Below, piece after piece: positions 1 to 11,959 of a DNA stretch of 64,000 nt (the first letter of the stretch is position 1; every line of letters starts with the position of its first letter). This stretch comes from Mobula hypostoma (taxonomy: Eukaryota): NCBI RefSeq assembly GCF_963921235.1, contig NW_026948140.1, forward strand, positions 310,001 to 374,000. Direction: 5' to 3'. The notes beneath the pieces are model-generated. The model was not told the origin of the DNA and made no database searches. It worked only from the letters and a program-made list of their open reading frames with translations. Made by a program: the position numbers and the translations under genes.

Positions 1-105
1 TCACAGAGGTTCTGTCCACTATCTCTCTATAGGTATTATCAATCACCTCCTCACTTTCCCTAATTAGCTGAAGGTCATCAAGTTGTAGCTCCAGATCCCT
101 AACAC
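1..105 (-). mobile_element. CR1 LINE ORF1 fragment, abutting the SUDS3 retrocopy
   Basis: tcacctcctcactttccc and gaaggtcatcaagttgtagctccagatccctaac match the CR1 ORF1 sequence at ~7615-7632 and ~11592-11626. Confidence 0.7.
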
Positions 106-106
106 T

Positions 107-778
107 AGGATGAAGAAACCAGATCAACAATACAAGGAAAGAATACAAAATGCAGAGCTTTTTCTGCGACTGGAGACAGAACAAGTGGAAAAGAATTATA
201 TTAAAGAGAAGAAAGCAACAGTGAAGGAATTTGAAGATAAAAAGATTGAATTAGAAGAAAAGAAAAAGTTGATTGAGAATGAGAGGCTAACAATGGAACT
301 TACAGGAGATTCTATGGAGGTAAAGCCAATAATGACTAGGAAACTAAGGAGGAGACGTAATGACCCTGCTCCAATTACAGACAAAAGACGAAAACCTGCA
401 CCTGCGCAGATAAATTACTTGTTAACAGATGAACAGATAATGGAAGATCTGCGAACTCTCAATAAGCTTAAATCTCCGAAAAGACCAGCATCTCCATCTT
501 CTCCTGAGCATCTTCCCAGCACTCCTGCTGAATCACCAGCACAAAGATATGAAGCACGAATAGAAGATGAAAAGTTATATTATGATAAGAGATGGTATCA
601 TAAAGGTCAGGCTATCTATTTGGAATCTAAGGAGAATACAAAGACTGGCTATGTAGTTAGCTCAGTTGGAATAAATGAGATATGGGTAAGGAAGACGAGT
701 GATAGCACAAAGGTGTGTATATATCTAGGACAGTTGTACAGAGGAGTCTTCATTATATAGAGGCATTCTGCTGCCTAG
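107..778 (+). pseudogene. SUDS3: Processed (intronless), 5'-truncated retrocopy of SUDS3 (Sin3-HDAC complex subunit SDS3)
   Basis: ORF 110-760 follows the C-terminal two-thirds of vertebrate SDS3 ([76 protein letters not shown]) with no introns. About 8 aa (KENLIAEL) are deleted relative to recalled human SDS3. A premature TAG at 758-760 is followed by RHSAA and TAG at 776-778, matching the native ...RRRSAA* end. Confidence 0.92.
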
Positions 779-1282
779 AACTCTTAGCAAGTTGGAGGCA
801 CACATCTTCTTAACTCCCTATGCTCAGAGGTCAACTGTTCATGACTTTTATATGGAAATCCATATTAAAACAAACAAGTTTATTGACAGACTGAAGAACA
901 CACTATTTGAAGATACTTTCCAATGCCATCTCAGTTTTGGTGATTGTACATATTTTTAAGAATAACATTCACCTTTTCACGGATTTCACTTTGCTTTCGT
1001 CATCTTTGCAAGATGGAGGTGACCATTCTTTATGGCTGGAACCTGCCAATTTGTGGATTGTTCAATTTATTCCAGACAATAGAGTGAAGACCTATTTGCT
1101 TCAGTCCCGGACAATCTAGAGAAGACCCCCCCCCCCCGAGACTTGAGCTATAAATGGGTCTTAGACCAAAAGTTTTAAAAAAAAGGCTTCTTGTAATTCA
1201 ATATTATTACATTACTTTGTTATAATTTGATAATATTAAGTTGCTAAGTAAACAAAAATTGTAGGCATTTGTATGTTAAGGG

Positions 1283-1543
1283 TTGTTTGTTGTTGTTGTT
1301 GTTGTTGTTCGTCCTTCGTAGTCGAAGATGACCATGGCTTCAAAGTCAAATGGGAGATTGGTGGCTGTGGGTCCGGAGGTGACTGATGAGGCCAGTCCGG
1401 GCCCTGAAGGCTCGCCCACATGTGGGACACAAGTGGGTGGGTGCTGGCGTGGCAGTGGATGCTGCTCGAGCCTTGCGCACAGCACGCTTTCGTTGCGCCT
1501 CGATGATGCGCCTGACTTCAGCTGCCCGGGCTCCTGTGGTGAT
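1283..1543 (-). mobile_element. 5'-truncated RTE-clade LINE 3' end with (CAA)n tail
   Basis: Minus strand reads ITTGARAAEVRRIIEAQRKRAVRKARAASTATPAPTHLCPTCGRAFRARTGLISHLRTH...* (C2H2-like RTE C-terminus), then a short 3' UTR and (AAC)n at 1283-1309. Confidence 0.8.
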
Positions 1544-1879
1544 CTATTTGTTTAGCATAATGCCACAGTAAAAAAAAACAGATGATACAATATTAAAATA
1601 AAAGGGGAGGAGTGTACCGTATAGCCTACATTATGAAAGAGACTACTTTATGTTTCAGTAACACATCGTTGTATGTGTTTTTTGGCGCGTATTGAGCATG
1701 CGCTATTAGATGTGTATGGCTCTGTATATATGTGTGCTGAGTTCGGATTCTACCAGCAAAGAACCATAAAACCATAAACTCCCCATCTCCAGCGTTTTTA
1801 TTAATAGCATTGTTGTGTAACCAGGCCACATTCACAACATTTTTCTTTATCTTTATCCACACTTTTCTTTTTCACTTTA

Positions 1880-2093
1880 TCCATGCTTCTCCAATCTGTT
1901 GAACACACCCCCATACTACTTAGTTTGGAGCCCTGTCCACAGCCCTGGTTATGTGATTTGCTCGGATCAGGTCCCATCGCGGTTCAAGTGGAGTGCATCC
2001 CATTAGTACAGCTCCCTCCTTCCCCAATAATGGTGTCAATTTCCCATGAATTCAAAACTACTTCTCCCACACTAATCCTTGAGCCACGCATTT
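1880..2093 (-). mobile_element. Degenerate CR1 ORF1 3' fragment
   Basis: Resembles the ORF1 3' region at ~6860-7050 and ~11980-12060. Confidence 0.5.
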
Positions 2094-2407
2094 AGAAACA
2101 TAGAAACATAGAAAACCTGCAGCACAATACAGGCACTTCGGCCCTCAATGCTATGTTGAACATGTACTTACTTAGAAATTACCTAGGGTTACCTATAGCC
2201 CGCTATTTTTCAAAGTTCCATGTAGCTATCCAGGAGTCTCTTAAAAGACCCAATCTTATCCGCCTTCACTACCATTGCCAGCAGCCCATTCCACGCACTC
2301 ACCACCTTCTGCGTAAAAAACTTACCCGACATCTCCTCTGTACCTACTTCCAAGCACCTTAAAACTCTGCACTCTCATGCTAACCATCACAGCCCTGGGA
2401 AAAAGCC

Positions 2408-2646
2408 AATAGACAATAGACAATAGGTGCAGGAGTAGGCCATTCGGCCCTTTGAGCCAGCACTGCCATTCACTGTGATCATGGCTGTTCACCCACAATC
2501 AGTATCCAGTTCCTGCCTTTTCCCCATAACCTTTGATTCCGCTATCTTTAAGAGCTCTATCCATCTCTTTCTTGAAAGCATCTAGAGACTTGGCCTCCAC
2601 AGCCTTCTGGGGCAGAGCATTCCACATATCCACCACTCTCTGGGTG
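2408..2646 (-). mobile_element. Short CR1 3'-end insertion with (ATAGACA)n tail, nested in CR1-A
   Basis: Tail and 3' UTR resemble the copy at 60866. Flanked by the direct repeat AAAGCC (2402-2407 / 2647-2652). Confidence 0.8.
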
Positions 2647-4037
2647 AAAGCCTCTGACTATCCACATGATCTATGCCTCTCATCATCTTGTACACCTCTA
2701 TCAGGTCACCTCTCATCCTCTGCCACTCCAAGGAAAAAAGGCTGAGTTCATTCAACCTATTCTCATAAGGCATGCTCCCCAATCCAGGTATCATCCTTGT
2801 AAATCTCCTCTGCACCCTTTCTATGGCTTCCACATCCTTCCTGTAGTGAGGTGACCAGAACCGAGCACAGTACTCCAAGTGGAGTCTGACCAGGGTCCTA
2901 TATACTGTAGCTGTAATATTACCTCTCGGCTCTTAAACTCAATCCCACAGTTGATGAAAGCCAATGCACCGTATACCTTCTTAACCACGCAGTCAACCTG
3001 TGCAGCAGCTTTGTGTGTCCTATGGACTCGCACCCTAAGATCCCTCTGTTCCTCCACACTGACAAGAGTCTTACCATTAATACTATATTCTGCCATTCTA
3101 TTTGACCTACCAAAATGAACCACCTCACACTTATCTGAGTTAAACTCCATTTGCCACATCTCAGCCCAGTTTTGCACCCTATCAATATCCCGCTGTAACC
3201 TCTGACAGCCCTCCATACTATCCACAACACCCCCAACCTTTGTGTCATCAGCAAATTTACTAATCCATCCCTCCACTTCCTCATCCAGGTCATTTATAAA
3301 AATCACGAACAGTAGGGGTCACAGAACATATTCTTGAAGCATACCGCTAGTCACTATATGAATATGACCCATCTACAACCACTCTTTGCCTTCCGTGAGC
3401 AAGCCAATTCTGGATCCACAAAGCAAGGTTCCCTTGGAGCCAATGCCTCCCTACTTTTTCAATAAATCTTGCATGGGGTACCTTATCAAATGCCTTGCTG
3501 AAATCCATATACACTAAATCTACCGCTCTACCTTCATCAATGTGTTTAGTCACATCATCAGAAAATTTAATCAGGCTTGTAAGACACAACATGTCATTGA
3601 CCAAGCCATGCTGACTATTCTTAATTATATTATGCCTCTCCAAATGTTCATAAATCCTGCCTCTCAGCATCTTTTCTATCACCTTACCACCCACTGAAGT
3701 AAGACTCACTGGTCTATAATTTCCTGGGCTAACTCTACTCCCTTTCTTGAATAAGGGAACAACATCCACAACCCTCCAATCCTTCAGAACCTTTCACATC
3801 ACCAGTGATGATGTAAAGAACATCGCCAGAGGCTCAGCAATCTCCTCCCTCGCCTCCCACAGTAGCCTGGGGTACATCTCATCCGTTCCCAGAGACTTAT
3901 CCAATTTGATGCTTTCCAAAAACTCCAGCACATCCTCTTTCTTAATGTATATATGCTCACTCTTTTCCATCTGCTGCAAGTCATCCCTACAAACACTAAA
4001 ATCCTTTTCCATAGTGAATACCGAAGAAAAGTATTCA

Positions 4038-5099
4038 TGCAGGTGGATGCTTCCCTGGTATCATGGATTCTTGATTACCTGACTGGCAGACCACAGTATG
4101 TGTGCTTGCAACACTGTGTGTCCGACAGAGTGATCAGCAGCACTGGGGCTCCACAGGGGTCTGTCTTGTCTCCCTTTCTCTTCACCATTTACACATCGGA
4201 CTTCAACTACCGCACAGAGTCTTGTCATCTTCAGAAGTTTTCAGATGACTCTGCCATAGTTGGACACATCAGCAAGGGAGATGAGGTTGAGTGCAGGGCT
4301 ACGGTAGGAAACTTTGTCACATGGTGTGAGCAGAATTATCTGCAGCTTAATGTGAAAAAGACTAAGGAGCTGGTGGTAGACCTGAGGAGAGCTAAGGTAC
4401 CGGTGACCCCTGTTTCCATCCAGGGGGTCAGTGTGGACATGGTGGAGGATTACAAATACCTGGGGATACGAATTGACAATAAACTGGACTGGTCAAAGAA
4501 CACTGAGGCTGTCTACAAGAAGGGTCAGAGCTGTCTCTATTTCCTGAGGAGACTGAGGTCCTTTAACATCTGCTGGACGATGCTGAGGATGTTCTACGAG
4601 TCTGTGGTGGCCAGTGCTGTCATGTTTGCTGTAGTGTGCTGGGGCAGCAGGCTGAGGGTAGCAGACACCAACAGAATCAACAAACTCATTCGTAAGGCCA
4701 GTGATGTTGTGGGGATGGAACTGGACTCTCTCACGGTGGTGTCTGAAAAGAGGATGCTGTCTAAGTTGCATGCCATCTTGGTCAATGTCTCCCATCCACT
4801 ACATAATGTACTGGGCGGGCACAGGAGTACACTCAGCCAGAGATTCATTCCACCGAGATGCAGCACAGAGAGTCATAGGAAGTCATTCCTGCCTGTGGCC
4901 ATCAAACTTTACAACTCCTCCCTTGGAGGGTCAGACACCCTGAACCAATAGGCTGGTCCTGGATGTATTTCATAATTTACTGGCATAATTTACATATTAC
5001 TATTTAACTATTTATGGTTCTATTACTATTTATTATTTATGGTGCAACTGTAATGAAAACCAATTTACCCCAGGATCAATAAAGTATGACTATGACTAT
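4038..5099 (+). mobile_element. Rex1/Babar-like LINE (family 1), 5'-truncated
   Basis: RT C-half in ORF 3953-4951 (GAPQGSVLSPFLF, QKFSDDS, YKYLG). AT-rich 3' UTR, AATAAA and (ATGACT)n tail. Interrupts CR1-A. Confidence 0.85.
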
Positions 5100-5457
5100 C
5101 AAGTATCTCAGCTATCTCCTCCAGTTCCATACACAGTTTTCCACTGTCACACTTGATTGGTCCTATTCTCTCACATCTTATCCTCTTGCTCTTCACATAC
5201 TTGGAGAATGCCCTGAGGTTTCCTTAATCCTGCTCACCAATGTCTTCTCATGGCCCATTCTGGCTCTCCTAATTTCATTCTTATGCTCCTTCCTGCGAGC
5301 CTTATAATCTTCTATATCTCTATCATTACCTAGTTTTTTTGAACCTTTCATAAGCTTTTCTTTTCTACTTGACTAAATTTACAACAGCCTTTGTACACCA
5401 CGGTTCCTGTACCCTACCATCCTTTCCCTGTCTCACTGGAACTTACCTATGCAGAAC

Positions 5458-6200
5458 ACATAGAACATAGAATAGTACAGCACATTACAGGCCCTTCCGC
5501 CCACAATGTTGTGCCAACCCTCAAACCCTGCCTCCCATATAAGCCCCCACCTTAGCTTCCTCCATATACCTGTCTAGTAGTCTCTTAAACTTCACTAATG
5601 TATCTGCCTCCACCACTGACTCAGGCAGTGCATTCCACGCACCAACCACTCTCTGAGTAAAAAACCTTCCTCTAATATCCCCCTTGAACTTCCCACCCCT
5701 TACCTTAAAGCCACGTCCTCTTGTATTGAGCAGTGGTGCCCTGTGGAAGAAGCACTGGCTGTCCGCTCTATCTATTCCTCATAATATCTTGTACACCTCT
5801 ATCATGTCTCCTCTCATTCTCCTTCTCTCCAGAGAGTAAAGCCCTAGCTCCCTTAATCTCTGATCATAATGCATACTTTCTAAACCAGGCAGCATCCTGG
5901 TAAATCTCCTCTGTACCCTTTCCAATGCTTCCACATCCTTCCTATAGTGAGGTGACCAGAACTGGACACAGTACTCCAAGTGTGGCCTAACCAGAGTTTT
6001 ATAGAGCTGCATCATTACATCGCAACTCTTAAACTCTATCCCTCGACTTATGAAAGCTAACACCCCATAAGCTTTCTTAACTACCCCATCCACCTGTGAG
6101 AGCCATGTCCTCTTGTACTGAGCAGTGGTGCCCTGGGGAAGAGGTGCTGGCTGTCCACTTTAATTATTCCTCTTAATATCTTGTATACTTTATATTAACA
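5458..6200 (-). mobile_element. CR1 subfamily C 3' fragment nested in CR1-A
   Basis: (ATAGAAC)n tail; ORF 5779-6093 (LVRPHLEYCVQFWSP); near-identical to the 3' part of 55328-58117. Confidence 0.85.
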
Positions 6201-7636
6201 TCTTAATATATTGTGTCAAGAAACCCTGTTGAACACACCTAACAAACTCCATCCCTACTAAATCCCTTGCTCGGGGGAGATGCTAATCAATATTTGGGAA
6301 ATTAAAATCTCCCATCATGACAACCCTGTTATTATTACAGCTTTCCAGAATATGTCTTCCTATCTGCTCCTTGATGTACCTGTTGCTATTGGGTGGTCTA
6401 TAAAAAAGACACCCAGTAGATTTATTGACCCCTTCCTCTTTCTAACTTTAACCCACAGAGACTCAGTAGACAATCCCTCTATGACTTCTTCCTTTTCTGC
6501 AGCCCTGGCTTTATCTCTGATCAGCCGTGCCAGGCTCCCCCACCCCATTTTAGCCTCCCTCCCTGTCCTTTCTGAAACATCTAGAGCCTGGTACTCTAAG
6601 TAACCATTCCTGCCCCTGAATCATCCAAGTCTCTGTAATGGCCACAACATCATAGCTTCAAGTACTGATCCACACTCTAAGCTCATCCGCTTTGTTCATG
6701 ATGTTTCTTGCATTAAAATAGACACATCTCAAACCATCGGTCTGGGCATATCCCTTCTCTATCACCTGCCTATCCCTCTCGCACTGTCTCCAAGCTTTCT
6801 CTATTTGTAAGCCAACAGCCCCTTCCTCTGTCTCTTCAGTTTGGTTCCCAATCCCCAACAATTCTAGTTTAAACTCTCCCCAATAGCCTTAGCAAATCTC
6901 CCTGCCAGGATATTTTTCCCCCTCAGATTTAAGTGCAACCCATCCTTTTTGTACAGGTCACGCCTGCCTCAAAAGAGGTCCCCATGATCCAGAAATCTGA
7001 ATCCCTGCACCCTGCTCCAATCCCTCAGCCACACATTTATCCTCCACCTCACTCTATTCCTATACTCACTGTCGCATGGTACAGGCAGTAATCCCGATAT
7101 TACTACCTTTGTGGTCCTGCTTCTCAACTTCCATCCTAACGCCCTGTAGTCTGTTTTCAGGACCTCCTCCCTTTTCCTACCTATGTCATTGGCACCACTA
7201 TGTACCACGACCTCTGGCTGTTCACCTTCCCACTTCAGGATGTCGTGGATGCGATCAGAAACATCCAGACTCTGGCACCTGGGCGGCAAACTACCATCCG
7301 TGTTTCTTTCCTGAGTCCACAGAACCGCCTGTCTGACCCTCTAACTATAGAGTCCCCTATTACTGCCGCCTCCTTCCTTTCCCTACCCCTCTAAGCTACA
7401 GGGTCAGATTCTGTGTCAGAGGCGCGACCACTGTTGCTTCCCCCAGGTAGTCTATCTCCCGCAACAGTACTCAAACAGGAGTACTAATTGTTAAAGGGGA
7501 CAGCCACTGAGGTAATCTCTAATATCTGCCTCTTGCCCTTCCCTCTCCTGACTGTTACCCACTTATCTGCCTCCCAAGGCCGCGGTGTCTCTACTTGCCT
7601 ATAGCTCCTCTCTGTCACCTCCTCACTTTCCCTGAC

Positions 7637-10600
7637 ATAGAAACATAGAAACATAGAAAATAGGTACAGGAGTAGGCCTTTCAGCCCTGCGAGCCTGCAC
7701 CGCCATTCCGTGTGATCATGGCTGATCATCCAACTCAGAACCCTGTACCAGCCTTCCCCTGATACCCCCTGATCCCTTTAGCCACAAGGGCCATATCTAA
7801 CTCCCTCTTAAATATAGCCAGTGAACTGGCCTCAACTGTTTCCTGTGGCAGAGAATTCCACAGATTCACCACTCTCTGTGTGAAGAAGTTTTTCCTAATC
7901 TCGGTCCTAAAGGGCTTCCCCTTGATCCTCAAACTGTGACCCCTCGTTCTAGACTTCCTCAACATTGGGAACAATCTTCCTGCATCTAGCCTGTTCAATC
8001 CCTTTAGGATTTTATATGTTTCAATAAGATCCCCCCTCAATCTTCTAAATTCCAATGAGTATAAGCCTAGTCAATCCAGTCTTTCATCATATGAAAGTCC
8101 TGCCATCCCAGGAATCAATCTGGTGAACCTTCTTTGTACTCCCTCTATGGCAAGGATATCATTCCTCAGATTAGGGGACCAAAACTGCACACAATACTCC
8201 AAGTGTGGTCTCACCAAGGCCTTGTACAACTGCAGTAGTACCTCCCTGCTCCTGTACTCGAATCCTCTTGCTATAAATGCCAGCATACCATTCGCCTTTT
8301 TCACCGCCTGCTGTACCTGCATGCCCACTTTCAATGACTGGTGTATAATGACACCCAGGTCTCGTTGCACCTCCCCTTTTCCTAATTGGCCACCATTCAG
8401 ATAGTAATCTGTTTTCCTGTTTTTGCCACCAAAGTGGATAACCTCACATTTATCCACATTCAATTGCATCTGCCATGAATTTTCCCACTCACCTAACCTA
8501 TCCAAGTCACCCTGCATCCTCTTAGCATCCTCCTCACAGCTAGCACTGCCGCCCAGCTTCGTGTCATCCGCAAGCTTGGAGATGCTGCATTTAATTCCCT
8601 CATCCAAGTCATTAATATATATTGTAAACAACTGGGGTCGCAGCACAGAGCCTTGCGGTACCCCACTGGTCACTGCCTGCCATTCTGAAAAGGTCCCGTT
8701 TATTCCCACTCTTTGCTTCCTGTCTGCCAACCAATTCTCTATCCACATCAATACCTTACCCCCAATATCATGTGCTTTAAGTTTGCACACTAATCTCCTG
8801 TGTGGGACCTTGTCAAAAGCCTTTTGAAAATCCAACTATCCCACATCCACTGGTTCTCCCCTATCCACTCTACTAGTCACATCCTCAAAAAATTCTATGA
8901 GATTCGCCAGACATGATTTTCCTTTCACAAATCCATGCTGACTTTGTCCGATGATTTCACCGCTTTCCATTGTGCTGTTATCACATCTTTGATAACTGAC
9001 TCTAACATTTTCCCCACCACCGATGTCAGGCTAACCGGTCTATAATTCCCCGGTTTCTCTCTTTCTCCTTTTTTAAAAAGTGGGGTTACATTAGCCACCC
9101 TCCAATCTTCAGGAACTAGTCCAGAATCTAAAGGGTTTTGAAAAATTATCACTAATGCATCCACTATTTCTTGGGCTACTTCCTTAAGCACTCTGGGATG
9201 CAGACCATCTGTCCCTGGGGATTTATCTGCCTTTAATCCCTTCGATTTACCTAACACCACTTCCCTACTAACATATATTTCCCTCAGTTCCTCCATCTCA
9301 CTGGACCCTCTGTCCCCTACTATTTCTGGAAGATTATTTATGTCCTCCTTAGTGAAGACAGAACCAAAGTAGTTATTCAATTGGTCTGCCATGTCCTTGC
9401 TCCCCATAATCAATTCACCTGTTTCTGTCTGTAGGGGGCCTACAGTTGTCTTAACCAATCTTTTTCTTTTCACATATCTATAAAAGCTTTTACAGTCAGT
9501 TTTTATGTTCCCTGCCAATTTTCTCTCATAATCTTTTTTCCCCTTCCTAATTAAGCCCTTTGTCCTCCTCTGCTGGACTCTGAATTTCTCGCAGTCCTCA
9601 GGTGAGCCACTTTTTCTGGCTAATTTGTATGCTTCTCATTGTCATAGCCATAGTCATGGTCATACTTTATTGATCCCAGGGGGAAATTGGTTTTCGTTAC
9701 AGTTGCACCATAAATAAATAGTAATAGAACCATCAATAGTTAAATAGTAATATGTAAATTATGCCAGTAAATTATGAAATAAGTCCAGGACCAGCCTATC
9801 GGCACAGGGTGTCTGACCCTCCAAGGGAGGAGTTGTAAAGTTTGATGGCCACAGGCAGGAATGACTTCCTATGACGCTCTGTGCTGCATCTTGGAGGAAT
9901 GAGTCTCTGGCTGAATGTATTCCTATGCCTACCCGATACATTATGTAGTGGATGGGACACATTGACCAAGATGGCATGCAACTTAGACAGCATCCTCTTT
10001 TCAGACACCACCGTGAGAGAGTCCAGTTCCATCCCCACAACATCACTGGCCTTACGAATGAGTTTGTTGATTCTGTTGGTGTCTGCTACCCTCAGTCTGC
10101 TGCCCCAGCACACAACAGCAAATATGATAGCACTGGCCACCACAGACTCGTAGAACATCCTCAGCATCGTCCGGCAGATGTTAAAGGACCTCTGTCTCCT
10201 CAGGAAGTAGAAATGGCTCTCACCCCTCTTGTGGACAGCCTCAGTGTTCTTTGACCAATCCAGTTTATTGTCAATTCGTATCCCCAGGTATTTGTAATCC
10301 TCCACCATGTCCACACTGACCCCCTGGATGGAAACAGGGGTCACCGGTACCTTAGCTCTCTTCAGGTCTACCACCAGCTCCTTAGTCTTTTTCACATTAA
10401 GCTGCAGATAATTCCGCTCACACCATGTGACAAAGTTTCCTACAGTAGCCCTGTACTCAACCTTATCTCCCTTGCTGAAGCATCCAACTATGACAGAGTC
10501 ATCCGAAAACTTCTGAAGATGACAAGACTCTGTGCAGTAGTTGAAGTCCAAGGTGTAAATGGTGAAGAGAAAGGGAGACAAGACAGTCCACTGTGGAGCC

Positions 10601-11584
10601 CCAGTGCTGCTGATCACTCTGTTGGACACACAGTGTTGCAAGCACACGTACTGTGGTCTGCCAGTCAGGTAATCAAGAATCCATGACATCAGGGGAGCAT
10701 CCACTTGGTGTCATCCTTCTTTGGAATTGATACTATCCCTAATTTCCCTTATCAGCCACGGGTGCACTACCTTCCTTGATTTAATCTTTTGCCAAACTGG
10801 GATGAACAATTGTTGTAGTTCATCCATGCGATCTTTAAATGCTTGCCATTGCATATCCACCGTCAACCCTTTAAGTGTCATTTGTCCGTGTATCTTAGCT
10901 AATTCACATCTCATACCTTCAAACTTACCCTTCTTTAAGTTCAGAACCTTTGTTTCTGAATTAACTGTGTCACTCTCCATCCTAAAAAAGAATTCCACCA
11001 TATTATGGTCACTCTTACCCAAGAGGCCTCTCACAACAAGATTGCTAATTAACCCTTCGTCATTGCTCAATACCCAGTCTAGAATAGCCGGCTCTCTAGT
11101 TGGTTCCTCGACATGTTGATTCAATAAACCATCCCGCATACATTCCAAGAAATCCTCTTCCTCAGCACCCTTACCAATTTGGTTCACCCAATCTATATGT
11201 AGGTTGAAGTCACCCATTATAACTGCTGTTCCTTTATTGCACACATTTCTAATTTCCTGTTTAATACCATCCCCAACCTCACTACTACTGTTAGGTGGCC
11301 TGTACACAACTCCCACCAGCGTTTTCTGTCCCTGAGTGTTATGCAGCTCTACCCATATCGATTCCACATCCTCCCAGCTAATGTCCTTCCTTTCTATTGT
11401 GTTAATCTCCTCTCTAACCAACAACGCTACCCCACCTCCTTTTCTTTCATGTCTATCCCTCCTGAATATTGAATATCCCTGAATGTTGAGCTCCCATCCC
11501 TGGTTACCCTGGAGCCATGTCTCTGTGTTCCCAACTATATCATATTCATTAATAACAATCTGCACTTTTAATTCATCCAGCTTG
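7637..11584 (-). mobile_element. CR1 subfamily B ORF2 + 3' UTR, inserted into CR1-A ORF1
   Basis: Endonuclease ORF 10711-11610 (TETWL, YRPP, GDFN, SDHN); RT ORFs 8071-9518; (ATAGAAAC)n tail. Host ORF1 reads QLDDLHLV|RESEEV across the insert. Confidence 0.9.
9638..10712 (-). mobile_element. Rex1/Babar-like LINE (family 1), 5'-truncated, nested in CR1-B
   Basis: ORF 9796-10704 is nearly identical to the Rex1 part of ORF 3953-4951; degenerate (ATGACT)n tail. Confidence 0.88.
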
Positions 11585-11959
11585 ACCAGATGAAGGTCAT
11601 CGAGCTGCATCTCCAGTTCCCTAACGTGGTCTCTAAGGAGCTGCAGCTTGACTCACCTGGTGTAGATGTGGCTGGCCGGGAGCCTGGGAGTCTCCTGGAC
11701 CTCCCACATCTGACATCCAGTACAGAACACTGGCCTCATAGACATACTTCCTGTTTCTGTTCTTCATAGGTAACCTACATTGCCTCGACCCGTTATCGCT
11801 GAATCCACGTTGAACCAAAGCCCCCCTATGCTGTCTTCCACTCTTCTGATGCCCGCTCTGTAAAGCTGTCTCCTTTTAAACTTCACGCTGGTCTAACTCA
11901 CTGCCATACAAGTACTTGCGCAGTCATCCCTCGATCATTTAAGTATGTAATCTTCTTGA

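Larger units (their letters stand above)
2094..11930 (-). mobile_element. Near full-length CR1 LINE (subfamily A), split by nested insertions
   Basis: 3' tail (ATAGAAAC)n at ~2094-2115. RT ORFs 2821-3306 (SKFADDTK) and 3347-3769 (DFSKAFDKV). Endonuclease start YFNARNI (ORF 6658-6861). ORF1 esterase 6969-7289 (VHSGANDIG). ORF1 N-terminus MSMRPVFCTGCQMWEV starts at 11745. Pieces are colinear once the inserts are removed. Confidence 0.8.

Noticed and set aside
1236..1485. Poly-Q / poly-T ORFs
   Set aside because: Alternative frames over the RTE (CAA)n tail.
3953..4951. 332-aa ORF as an intact gene
   Set aside because: The N-terminus is antisense CR1 sequence fused to a 5'-truncated Rex1 RT.
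8123..8827. Recurrent antisense ORFs (also 28733-29437, 42105-43244, 55587-56726)
   Set aside because: Antisense shadows of CR1 ORF2, repeated only because the elements are repeated.
10711..11610. Apparent ORF1-ORF2 fusion (MQLDDLHLVKLDELKV)
   Set aside because: Junction of a CR1-B insert within CR1-A ORF1; the host frame resumes at ~7636.
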